DNA of 64,000 bases from the NCBI GenBank assembly GCA_052168235.1, contig JBQLZK010000012.1, positions 32,001 through 96,000 of the forward strand, given 5' to 3'. Shown here piece after piece: positions 1 through 9,276 of the stretch; the stretch's first letter is position 1, and each line of letters opens with the position of its first letter. Source of the DNA: Thainema sp. Its GTDB lineage: Bacteria > Cyanobacteriota > Cyanobacteriia > Phormidesmidales > Phormidesmidaceae. The position numbers and the translations under genes were made by a program. The notes beneath the pieces were generated by a model, which was not told the origin of the DNA, did no database searches, and saw only the letters and a program-made list of their open reading frames with translations.

Positions 1-156
1 CTTTAACAAGTTACTATGCTGTCGTGCTTGATTCACGCCAATAACCGTATATGTCTGAGATTCTTCAGTTTGGAAAACATCTCCCAATGTCATTTTTTTC
101 TCGGACTTGAGCGTACCCAAAAAGCGCTGATGAGAATCGACAAGTAAGTATTGCAT
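1..156 (-). CDS. 5' part of a small hypothetical protein running off the left edge (MQYLLVDSHQRFLGTLKSEKKMTLGDVFQTEES...)
   Basis: Manual translation: ATG at 156-154 preceded by GAGG; frame open to position 1; not in the ORF track. Confidence 0.55.
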   Translation of the reverse strand, partial: MQYLLVDSHQRFLGTLKSEKKMTLGDVFQTEESQTYTVIGVNQARQHSNLLK

Positions 157-1144
157 AATGGCCTCAATGTTTACACTGCAAGGAATAGAGCGAACAGAGC
201 GCAGGCGCAACAAACTAACACAAGCCATTGCAACTATGTGAGATCGCAGGCTGGCGCTCCAAGAAACAACACGGTGATGTTGAGTTAAGCCTCAACAGCC
301 GTCATCAATTTCAGAGATTTTTTGTGATGCCAGTTATTCAGGTAAGCAACGATAACTATCCAACAATTTTCTACCTTTTACTGAATAACTGACTGCAACA
401 TTCTTAGACAACCATATTGATTAGTACGCGTGAATTAATCACGACTTATGGTTTTGATGTTGACACCCTTGTTATATCACCATGTTTTTCAAAAGCAACG
501 ATTTTAACAATCCTTAAAAGAGGACTGCATAACTTCAAGCGAACGTATCTTATTGTTCCAAGAAATTGCCGTTGTGCCGAGCGTAGAGAAGATTGTGAAT
601 GGAGGTGATTGTTTGGTAATACTGTACCTGCATTCGATATCTGCATCCGACATGTTGGCATTGCGTAGATTAACATCGGTGAGTTGGTATCGGCGAAGCA
701 TTAGCATGAACTGCATGCAAGGATTAATCTCAATACTCAATCGGCTTACGGGCTTCTCGCATTATGAGTGAGCTTACATCTTGCACAAAAATCCAAAGCG
801 GCAAGATAGTCGTTCGGTTTCTGATCCGCAAAGCGAAAATCAATGAAGCGGTAGGCCAGCACAGCCTGTTTCATCGCTGATAACTTCCGTTCGGGATTGC
901 AGTAGCTAAAGAAAACTAGCCAAAATGCTTGTGTCGTTCAGTTAGACAGGTTAAGCTTCTACTGCTTTAGGATGCTGGATAGGATCGGCAACTCTCGTTA
1001 GCATCATCGGCTACGGTTGTTCCAGCGTTTGACAAGGCTTTGTCAAGCCAATCGGTCAACCAGTATTCTACGGATGGATTTGCGATAGTGTCAGCAACAG
1101 TACTTGATTTCTAGATTGTTATTGCACGGATCAGCTGCACCGAT

Positions 1145-3163
1145 ATGTTTTATCGTCTTCACTGGATTGCTCTGAGCTTAGGAGCCGCGATCGCACTTGA
1201 TGGTTCCACTGCGATCGCACTACCTTCATCATCGTTGTCTAAGCAGCTAGAGTCCTCCACTCAGGAATCACAGAGTGAGCCACTTCCAGCACCGGATGCT
1301 ACACTCTTTGCTAAAAAAGGAGCTTTACTTGATTCACAGCGCGAATCACAACGCTCAGATGCGGCATCTGAGGCCAGTAATGCAGATGATTCAGATGAAC
1401 AGGCAATTGCTCAAGCGGATTCAGATACAGACTTAGATTCAACCGAGTCAACCGAGTCGACCGAAGAATCAACTACGGATGAATCGATTGCCGAGGACTC
1501 TGCTGAAGTAGACGAATCGCCCAACGCGTCTACTGATGTTGATACTGAAGGGGCCAACGCAGCAGCGGACGAGTCAATCGACATAGAGGACGCGATTGCT
1601 GAAGGTTCCACTGAAGCGGAAGAATCGACCGAAGTCGATGTCGAGACCACAGATGACGACGATGAGCTACTGATTCCGGAGGTGGATGTCGAAGCAGAAG
1701 ACGATATCGACGTTGAGGACTTGGTGCCCACGGTGGATGAAGATATCGATGATGACTTTGAGCTAGAGCCATTAGTAGATGAAATCAATCCGCCCGATTA
1801 CTTGAACGCCGATCCGAATCCGCTCCTTTATCCAACTCAGCCCGAAGAAGTTGAGATTATTGGAAATCAGCCAATTACCCTCGAAGAAGCCTATGCGATC
1901 GCACTTGGTAACAATCGCGATTTGCAAAGAGTCCAGCTAGAGCTGGAGCAGGCTGAAGCAGCACTGCGAGAGGCAAAAGCGGATACTCTACCCACGGTGC
2001 AAGCAGAAAGCAGCTTCTCAGCCTCAGAAAATACGCAGGAAAGCAACCCGCTTTTTAATACCAGCTCGGACGATATCAATTTGGACTTGTCTGGTACGGT
2101 TGGCTTAAGCTACGACCTCTTTACCTCTGGGAGGCGCTCATCCCAAATTGAAGCCGTAGAAACTCAAGTTCGCATCAGCAAACTCGAAGTTGAACGAATT
2201 GCTGAGGATACGCGCTTCGATGTCGCGGATCGATACTATGACTTGCAGCTAGCCGATGAACAAGTTGGAATCGCGGCGGCGTTTTTAGATGAAGCCCTGC
2301 AAAGTTTGCGAGATGCTCAGATCCGAGAACGGGCTGGTGTCGGCACTCGATTTGACGTGTTGCAGGCAGAAGTACAGGTCGCGAATGCGCGGCAAGAACT
2401 GACTCAGGCCCGCAGCAGTCAAATTATTTCCCGACGTGCATTAGCGGAAATTCTCAGCATTCCTTCTAATCTCTCTCCCCAATCGGTTGCGGTTGAAGTC
2501 GTTGAGGATTGGCCGCTATCGCTCGAAGAAAGTATTGTTTTGGCATTTCAAAATCGAGCTGAACTGCAACAGTTTTTGCTCCAGCGCGAAATCGCGCAAG
2601 AGCAGCGAGATATCGCGCTTTCAGCGTTAGGCCCTCAGGTTAGTCTCTTCGCTAACTACAACATCAACAATCGACTGAATGACGAAAGTAGTGGATTTCG
2701 GGATCAGTACACATTTGGGGCACAGCTGAACTGGCTGCTGTTTGATGGTGGTGCAGCACGGGCGCGAGCCTCACAGGAGGACAGTAACATTGAAATTGCT
2801 GAAACTCAGTTTGCCGATACGTTAGAGCTCATCCGACTACAGGTTGAGCAGTCTTTTTACGATCAGCAGGCGAATCAAGCCAATATTGAAACTGCTGAGA
2901 TTGCCGTGAATCAAGCTCGTGAGGCATTGCGGCTAGCTCGATTGCGTTTTCAGGCAGGTGTGGGTACGCAGTTAGAGGTAATTAATGCCCAGGCGGATCT
3001 GACCCAAGCAGAGGGTAATTTAGTGCAGGCGGTAATTGGCTACAATCGTGCGATCGCAGCTCTGCGCCGTTCAATTAGTAACCTACCTGAAACCCGCCTA
3101 GTTGACTCGCTGGAAATTCCGCCAGCGTCTGAGTTTGTTTTCCCGCTTGAACTGGGCGAATAG
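1145..3163 (+). CDS. tolC: TolC-family outer membrane efflux protein with long acidic N-terminal extension
   Basis: Signal peptide, D/E-rich region, then two OEP repeats (GVGTRFDVLQA; RFQAGVGTQLEVINAQ). Confidence 0.85.
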   Translation: MFYRLHWIALSLGAAIALDGSTAIALPSSSLSKQLESSTQESQSEPLPAPDATLFAKKGALLDSQRESQRSDAASEASNADDSDEQAIAQADSDTDLDSTESTESTEESTTDESIAEDSAEVDESPNASTDVDTEGANAAADESIDIEDAIAEGSTEAEESTEVDVETTDDDDELLIPEVDVEAEDDIDVEDLVPTVDEDIDDDFELEPLVDEINPPDYLNADPNPLLYPTQPEEVEIIGNQPITLEEAYAIALGNNRDLQRVQLELEQAEAALREAKADTLPTVQAESSFSASENTQESNPLFNTSSDDINLDLSGTVGLSYDLFTSGRRSSQIEAVETQVRISKLEVERIAEDTRFDVADRYYDLQLADEQVGIAAAFLDEALQSLRDAQIRERAGVGTRFDVLQAEVQVANARQELTQARSSQIISRRALAEILSIPSNLSPQSVAVEVVEDWPLSLEESIVLAFQNRAELQQFLLQREIAQEQRDIALSALGPQVSLFANYNINNRLNDESSGFRDQYTFGAQLNWLLFDGGAARARASQEDSNIEIAETQFADTLELIRLQVEQSFYDQQANQANIETAEIAVNQAREALRLARLRFQAGVGTQLEVINAQADLTQAEGNLVQAVIGYNRAIAALRRSISNLPETRLVDSLEIPPASEFVFPLELGE

Positions 3164-3332
3164 GGCAGTATTTTTACTTAAATCTTTGGTGGGATTTTGT
3201 TCGAATCTCACTGTGTTGAGATGCTTTTTTAACTCTCATTGGTATACCTTGTGTCTCTGACTGGAATTTGTCACCTTAAAATAAAGGCATGTCACATTCA
3301 GAACACTCTTACCGTTTATTCGCCCAAAAACC

Positions 3333-4034
3333 GTGAGTACTCCCAAGCGTCCGACTGATGAGCAGATGAAAGCCGACCGTAAGCAAGATGTCCTGTTGTT
3401 GTTGGAGCACCTTGCTTATAACGAACAAACGACTATTCGCTTAATTCTGGACTGTCTGTACGACATTGGGGCGACCAATCTGATTAACGAAAATATTCGA
3501 GTTCGTCCGCTGAATCGAGCGACGAGGGGAGTAGCACGAATTTCAAAACCCGTTTTTCGAGCCTATGCGCTGCGCTGGTTTCAGAAAAACTGCCCTGAGC
3601 TCATTGCCAATTGGCTGTTCAAGAAGGTGGAATTCACCCAAAAGGTCAAAAAGAAGGCCAAGCCTAAGGTTCAGCCCCTGGAAGTGATTAATCCAGATAA
3701 CTATGAATCAAGCTCCCCGCCGCCGTCGGCTCAAGTCCCTGCCCCAACGACCGCAGCCACTCCAGTCGCCGCAACCGTCGTGTCTCCAGAAGCGAAACTG
3801 CTCGATCAAGAAGTTCGCCAATTGCGAACTCAGGTGAAGCTGTTAACGGGAACGCTGGTATTTGCGATCGCAGCTTTGGGAGCCACCGTAGTCATCATAG
3901 GCGGCAATGCCCGCTTTAGCGGCTATCCCTTCGTGGAAGATCCCCATACGGCTCAGCTAAAAACCGTGGGCAGTCATACATCAGCAGCTTGTCCGACTTC
4001 TGGTGAGGATTCGAAGTTGACGAGTGTGAAATAG
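3333..4034 (+). CDS. Hypothetical protein with C-terminal coiled coil and TM helix
   Basis: 233-aa ORF, Pro/Ala linker, hydrophobic LLTGTLVFAIAALGATVVIIGG. Confidence 0.65.
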   Translation: MSTPKRPTDEQMKADRKQDVLLLLEHLAYNEQTTIRLILDCLYDIGATNLINENIRVRPLNRATRGVARISKPVFRAYALRWFQKNCPELIANWLFKKVEFTQKVKKKAKPKVQPLEVINPDNYESSSPPPSAQVPAPTTAATPVAATVVSPEAKLLDQEVRQLRTQVKLLTGTLVFAIAALGATVVIIGGNARFSGYPFVEDPHTAQLKTVGSHTSAACPTSGEDSKLTSVK

Positions 4035-4151
4035 GGAAGGTAAAGAGTGAGGCGAGAGGAGAGAGGCGTAAGAATCAAGGCAAGTTTTACGGCATTTTGA
4101 GCACCCGATCCTCAGTTCTCAAAATCCAAAATCCAAAGTCCACAGCACTTT

Positions 4152-5204
4152 TCACCAATTACCACAATCCCCAACAGCAACAGGTTGCCCGCCTTGGTTG
4201 AGTGAGGTGGTCAGTGCATTGAGGATACGAACCAGATCGGCACCGATTTCTCCGGGGGAGATTTGGGACGGTTGCGATCGCAGTATGCAGTCTACAAAAT
4301 GGTCGCAGACTGACCGCAGGGGTTCGGCGGCTGGAATGGGAAGTACTTCCCGGTTTTGATTGATTGGATGATATAAGCCATCTTTAGCTTGGAAGCTACC
4401 GTGCTGGAGCGTCAGCATATCGCTGGCGAGTTCGTCGAAGATCAGTGTTCCTTCGCTGCCGACGACGCAGAGGCGGCGCTGCTTATCGGGATTACACCAG
4501 CAGAGATGAATTTTGGCCTGGAAGCCACTGGCATAGGTTAATGTCACCCAAACCAAATCGGATAGCCCGTTGGGGAAAAAGGTGGCATCGCCAGCATCGG
4601 GCTGGAGCCAAACCTGCCCTTCAGCCTGTACCTGAATGGGAGAATCGCCTAGCCAAGCATTGAAAATTGCAATATCGTGAATCGCCAAATCCCACAGTGC
4701 ATCGACATCCCAGCGGACGGGACTCAAGTGCGATCGCGTTGCATAGCCATAGCGGGGCTGGCCTAACGTGCCGTTTTGCAGAACGGACTGGCCAGTGCGG
4801 ACTGCTGGATGAAATAAATAGGTGTGGTCAATTACCAAAAGTCGCTGCTGCTGTTTCGCTAAGGCACAGAGCGCCTGGGATTCCTCTGCTTTTAGAGTTA
4901 AGGGTTTTTCGGCCAGCACGTGCTTGTTTTGCTTCAGCGCTGTTTCTATCAACCAGTAGTGCGTAGTGGCAGGCGTGGCGATGACGACGGCATCAATTGT
5001 CGCCAATGACAGCACTGTGTCTGGATCAGTGGTCAGTACAACTTGGGAGTTGAGCTGAAATTGATCTGCGATCGCACTTAGCCGCTCGGCTGACGGATCG
5101 ACAACGGCAGTAACGTTAACCTGGGGATGAGCCAGAAAATTGCGCAGCAGATGGATGCCCCATCGACCCACGCCGAAGATGGCAATAGCAAGTTGGGCAG
5201 TCAT
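4152..5204 (-). CDS. Gfo/Idh/MocA family oxidoreductase
   Basis: GVGRWG Rossmann motif, HVLAEKP, DLAIHD. Confidence 0.9.
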   Translation of the reverse strand: MTAQLAIAIFGVGRWGIHLLRNFLAHPQVNVTAVVDPSAERLSAIADQFQLNSQVVLTTDPDTVLSLATIDAVVIATPATTHYWLIETALKQNKHVLAEKPLTLKAEESQALCALAKQQQRLLVIDHTYLFHPAVRTGQSVLQNGTLGQPRYGYATRSHLSPVRWDVDALWDLAIHDIAIFNAWLGDSPIQVQAEGQVWLQPDAGDATFFPNGLSDLVWVTLTYASGFQAKIHLCWCNPDKQRRLCVVGSEGTLIFDELASDMLTLQHGSFQAKDGLYHPINQNREVLPIPAAEPLRSVCDHFVDCILRSQPSQISPGEIGADLVRILNALTTSLNQGGQPVAVGDCGNW

Positions 5205-5258
5205 TTGGGCTGTAAAGGCTGTAAAGGGCTGTAATACGAAGTTCGGCTAAAACCCGAG

Positions 5259-5306
5259 AATTTATTTTGTCGAGACACGGCATGTCGTGTCCCAACAAAA
5301 TAAATT
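5259..5306. repeat. 48-nt near-perfect palindrome (REP-like) between glpK and the Gfo gene
   Basis: AATTTATTTTGTcgaGACACGGCA / TGTCGTGTCccaACAAAATAAATT. Confidence 0.7.
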
Positions 5307-5357
5307 GGTTCTTACAGACAGACTTGATACAAGGGTTGTAAAGGATGGTTGAGCTTA

Positions 5358-5381
5358 TAGTAGGTGCCAAAGCACCTACTA
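5358..5381. repeat. Small hairpin 20 nt downstream of the glpK stop
   Basis: TAGTAGGTGC-caaa-GCACCTACTA. Confidence 0.5.
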
Positions 5382-5400
5382 CAGTGAAAATCACCTAGCG

Positions 5401-6933
5401 TTAGTCTGCCCAGTTTTTGGCTCGCTGAACGGCTTTGAGCCAATATTGGAAATTGGCCTGTACTTGTTCGCTGTGTTCGCTGGGTTCAAAGACCCGATCC
5501 ACTTTGCGATCGCGCACCAGATCGTCGTAGCTTGACCAGAAATCAGAGGCTAAACCTGCGGCAAAAGCGGCACCTTGAGCGGTGGCGTCGAGGACGGCGG
5601 GACGCTCGACCGGGATACCGAGCGCATCGGCCTGAAACTGCATTAGAAAATTATTCTGGCTGGCACCACCATCGACCTTGAGCCGTTTAATCGGCGTACT
5701 GCCGTCTTCGTTCATCGCCTGCACCACTTCGGCCACTTCATAGGCGATCGCTTCCAGGACAGAGCGCACCATGTGTTCTCGCTGGACACCGCCTGTGATG
5801 CCGATAAATGTCGCGCGGGCGTTCATATCCCAGTGGGGTGCGCCCAAACCGCTGAGGGCAGGCACAAAGTAGACGCCGCCGTTATCTTCTACCTTTTTCG
5901 CCATATCTTCCGTATCGGCAGCGCTAGTAATCAGTTGAATGCCATCTCGCAGCCATTGGATACAGGCTCCAGCGGTAAACATGCTACCTTCGAGGGCATA
6001 GCCTACTTTAGTATCACCACCAGTATCACCACCGTTGCGTCCTGCTTCTGTCCAGGCGACAGTGGTGAGCAGGTTATTGTGCGATCGCACAATTTCTGAG
6101 CCGGTATGGGACACCAGAAAGGCTCCCGTCCCGTAGGTACACTTGAGCAAGCCAGGCCGATTACAGCCGTGAGCAAACAGAGCGGCCTGCTGGTCACCCA
6201 AGATCGCCATAATCGGAATTTCGGCCCCCATGACCTCCGGATCGGTAAAGCCAAACTTGCCCAAACTGGGACGAATTTCGGGCATGATATGGGCTGGAAT
6301 GCCAAAGATCTCCAGCAGTTTCGGATCCCACTGCCGCGACTCAATATTGAGCAGCATGGTGCGGCTGGCGTTGCTGTCATCCGTCGCGTGAACTTTGCGC
6401 CCGGTCAAATTCCACAGCACCCAGGTATCGACGGTGCCCGCTAGAACATTCTCAATTTCAAAGGGCGGATCAAGCTGCTCATTTTGCACCCGATCGAGCA
6501 GCCAAGCGAGCTTGCTAGCCGAGAAGTAAGCATCCAGCACCAGTCCAGTACGCTGTGCAATTTCGTCGGCCAGCCCTTTTTGCCGCAGTTCGTTGCACAA
6601 GGGAGCCGTCCGCCGATCCTGCCAGACGATTGCATTATGCAGGGGGCGCCCACTGCTTTTATCCCACAGCAAGCAGGTTTCCCGCTGTACCGTCAGCCCA
6701 ATGGCGGCAATTTCATCGGGTTGAATCCCGGCTCTTTGAATGGCGGTTTGAATAGCCCACTGGGTATCTTGCCAGATTTCGCGCGGATCATGATCCAGCC
6801 AGCCCGGTTGGGGATAATACTGGGTTAGTTCCTTATAGGCTTGTCCGGCGATTTCTCCTTCACGATTAAATAGAATGGCTCGATTCCCCGTAGTGCCTAG
6901 GTCTAGAGCCATGATGTAATCTTTATTTGCCAT
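5401..6933 (-). CDS. glpK: Glycerol kinase
   Basis: DLGTTGNR, QRET, NAIVWQDRRT, DAYFSASK, GDQQAALF, YFVPALSGLGAPHWD, VDGG. Confidence 0.95.
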   Translation of the reverse strand: MANKDYIMALDLGTTGNRAILFNREGEIAGQAYKELTQYYPQPGWLDHDPREIWQDTQWAIQTAIQRAGIQPDEIAAIGLTVQRETCLLWDKSSGRPLHNAIVWQDRRTAPLCNELRQKGLADEIAQRTGLVLDAYFSASKLAWLLDRVQNEQLDPPFEIENVLAGTVDTWVLWNLTGRKVHATDDSNASRTMLLNIESRQWDPKLLEIFGIPAHIMPEIRPSLGKFGFTDPEVMGAEIPIMAILGDQQAALFAHGCNRPGLLKCTYGTGAFLVSHTGSEIVRSHNNLLTTVAWTEAGRNGGDTGGDTKVGYALEGSMFTAGACIQWLRDGIQLITSAADTEDMAKKVEDNGGVYFVPALSGLGAPHWDMNARATFIGITGGVQREHMVRSVLEAIAYEVAEVVQAMNEDGSTPIKRLKVDGGASQNNFLMQFQADALGIPVERPAVLDATAQGAAFAAGLASDFWSSYDDLVRDRKVDRVFEPSEHSEQVQANFQYWLKAVQRAKNWAD

Positions 6934-7228
6934 CTCAATATCAATAAAACTTCCAAATCAACATGTCCCACATGGGTTGCTTGAAACCACAATGTCTGGG
7001 ATCAAGGGCTGATATCTATCCCAGGTGTCATTTGCACCCTAACACTTCAAATATCTGTCCCAAAAACTCCAAAAGTTGGATTCACTACTGCTTGAGACCA
7101 GATCGCTCGGCGGGACAAGGTCGGATTCTTTTTCGGTTGTAAATACAATCTGTAATATTTCAGCAACAGGTGACGACTGCTGAGCTTCTAAAATCGGCTA
7201 TTTTTTGAGGGGTCGTCCGAAAATAGAC

Positions 7229-7273
7229 AAAAAAAAGCCGGCAGAGGAAGTCCACCAAGGTACATCTGCCAGC
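7229..7273 (-). terminator. Rho-independent terminator
   Basis: GC-rich stem 7237-7245/7265-7273 followed on the minus strand by 8 T. Confidence 0.7.
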
Positions 7274-7334
7274 ACAGTCTCACCATGTAATGTTAGATAT
7301 GTCAGATAACTCGTTCGAGTTATTTGGCATATCT
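7229..7334 (-). ncRNA. Candidate ~105-nt small RNA (5' hairpin, unpaired linker, intrinsic terminator)
   Basis: Minus strand: TAATAT -10-like box at 7344-7339, hairpin 7334-7295, terminator stem GCTGGCAGA/TCTGCCGGC followed by T8. Confidence 0.4.
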
Positions 7335-7542
7335 CTCAATATTATCAACAACAACCTGATTTGATCAGCTCTATCTAAAGATAGATCTTAAAAAAGATGA
7401 ATTTTGTTTTTCAGGATATTATTCTGAGCCGGTAACCATCGACTAAAACAGCTCTGTTTTTTTCTACAGAGAAAGCCAATATTGTCAGGAAAATCCAGGA
7501 AAAGTTGATATCGCTGTAGCTTTATTAGATAGCTGGTGAACT

Positions 7543-7595
7543 ACGTTGATTATGAACAGGCCGCCCCAGCGGGGCGGCCTGTTCATAATCAACGT
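7543..7595. repeat. Perfect 25-bp-arm palindrome, 3-nt loop AGC
   Basis: ACGTTGATTATGAACAGGCCGCCCC-agc-GGGGCGGCCTGTTCATAATCAACGT. Confidence 0.9.
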
Positions 7596-7667
7596 TGCTA
7601 TAGTCATTAGCTGTTACAGTCTGTAACAGGACGATAACAGGACAGTAGCTTGTTGTTGAAAGACACC

Positions 7668-8777
7668 TCATTCACTGCCATAAGCTGATTGGGCAAACGG
7701 TAGCTCATTAATCCGGTTCCAGCGATAAATGCGATCGCGGAACGCCTTCCACCCTGTATAAATCTCTTGGAACGTCCCGTCCTCCTGCGCCATTTGGTCG
7801 TAAAGCGCCAACGAAGCCTCTTCTGCTGCCGCTAAAATCTCAGGGCTATAGGCAACCAGTTCCACCCCATCAGCCTGCAATCGCTCCAAAGCTTCTCCAT
7901 TGAGCGCATTGTACTGGGCCAGCGTAGTCAAGTTTGTCTCATAAGCGGCTGTGGCGAAGGCGGTTTGATAACTGGTGGGTAGTTCATCCCAAGCCGATTG
8001 GTTGACCAATGCTTCTAGCGTAGCGCTAGGTTCCCACCAGCCCGGATAGTAATAGTATTGAGCCGCTTTTTGCAGTCCCAGCTTTTCGTCATCATGGGGG
8101 CCGACCCATTCGGCAGCATCGATTGCGCCCCGCTCCAGCGCCAAAAAGATTTCGCCACCGGGTAGCACCTGCACACTAACACCTAGCTCCTGCATGATTT
8201 TGCCGCCCATGCCTGGAATGCGCATTTTTAATCCACCCAAATCAGAAATTGTTTGGACGGGTCGCTTAAACCAGCCACCCATTTGTGCCCCAGTGTTTCC
8301 TGCCGGAAAATTGATGATGCCAAAGTCAGCATAAATCTGGCGCAGCGCCTCTAGTCCGCCGCCGTAGTAGAGCCAGGCATTTTGCTGATCAGCCATCAAG
8401 CCAAAAGGCAATGCTGTGCCAAAGGCCAGCGCCGGATTTTTGCCCGTGTAGTAGTAACTGGCGGTATGGCCGCATTGAACAGCTCCGTTCTGCACAGCGT
8501 CTAAGACTTCCAGCCCTCCGACCAGCTCACCCGCAGAATAGGGTGTAATGACAAACTGACCATTGGTCATTTCAGAAACCCGTTGACAGAGCTGTTGGGC
8601 AGAACCGTATAACACGTCCAGCGCTTCTGGCCAGCTTGTCGCCATCCGCCACTCAACCGACGGTTGGCTGTTAGTCGTATTGGAACCCGATTCGGGTGCA
8701 GATGCAGTACAGCCATAGAGCAATGTCGTAGCTGCGGCACTTGTGGTAGCCGTACTGAGAAAGGATCGGCGTTTCAT
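7668..8777 (-). CDS. TRAP transporter substrate-binding protein (DctP/TakP-like), Tat lipoprotein-type signal
   Basis: Start re-placed at MKRRSFL; WRMATSWP, GNTGAQMGGWF, LKMRIPG, IDAAEWVGP, YYYYPGWWEP. Confidence 0.88.
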   Translation of the reverse strand: MKRRSFLSTATTSAAATTLLYGCTASAPESGSNTTNSQPSVEWRMATSWPEALDVLYGSAQQLCQRVSEMTNGQFVITPYSAGELVGGLEVLDAVQNGAVQCGHTASYYYTGKNPALAFGTALPFGLMADQQNAWLYYGGGLEALRQIYADFGIINFPAGNTGAQMGGWFKRPVQTISDLGGLKMRIPGMGGKIMQELGVSVQVLPGGEIFLALERGAIDAAEWVGPHDDEKLGLQKAAQYYYYPGWWEPSATLEALVNQSAWDELPTSYQTAFATAAYETNLTTLAQYNALNGEALERLQADGVELVAYSPEILAAAEEASLALYDQMAQEDGTFQEIYTGWKAFRDRIYRWNRINELPFAQSAYGSE

Positions 8778-9014
8778 TGTGATGTCGAGAAATGGTGATA
8801 TTGAGAAGTGATAAACGTAGCTTCGCTGTGAATGATTGAGCGATGAACGATTGATCGAATAGTAGAAGAGGATGGTAAGCCTTCCAGCGTATAGTTCGAA
8901 AGCTTTACATTCGCGGCATTTTGCCGATCGCATTTTAGGAAAACTGGATTGCTGCTCACAGCTGGCGGGTTTGCTGCAGCGAATGCTAGTTTTTTTTGTG
9001 GAACTACCTCAACA

Positions 9015-9049
9015 TAAAAATCCCAATCCAAGTCACTCAAGGATTGGGA
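9015..9049 (-). terminator. Possible intrinsic terminator
   Basis: TCCCAATCC-N11-GGATTGGGA followed by a T-run on the minus strand. Confidence 0.35.
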
Positions 9050-9276
9050 AATTTGGTGTCAAACCAAGCAACATTAGAGAGTTGACCTTATAATGCCCGC
9101 TTAATTTGAATGCCGCACAAAAACGCGCGGTTTTTCATCTTTTTGTAATTAAACGATACATACAGCGCCATGTTATCGTCATCTATCGTTTTTATCGTAA
9201 TAAAACTCCTACATAGGGACTAGCCAGATTGGAAAATGATCGCTAGCCTGACGGTGAAGTCTGAGGTCATTCCCCT

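Noticed and set aside
417..771. Four short overlapping ORFs upstream of tolC
   Set aside because: Non-ATG or weak starts, no recognisable motifs and mutually overlapping
1411..1788. Ser-rich 125-aa minus-strand ORF
   Set aside because: Antisense shadow of the acidic TolC region
8778..8933. N-terminal extension of the TRAP SBP ORF
   Set aside because: The Tat signal MKRRSFL marks the real start at 8777
9145..9159. GTA...TAC resembling an NtcA box
   Set aside because: Spacer is 9 nt, not 8
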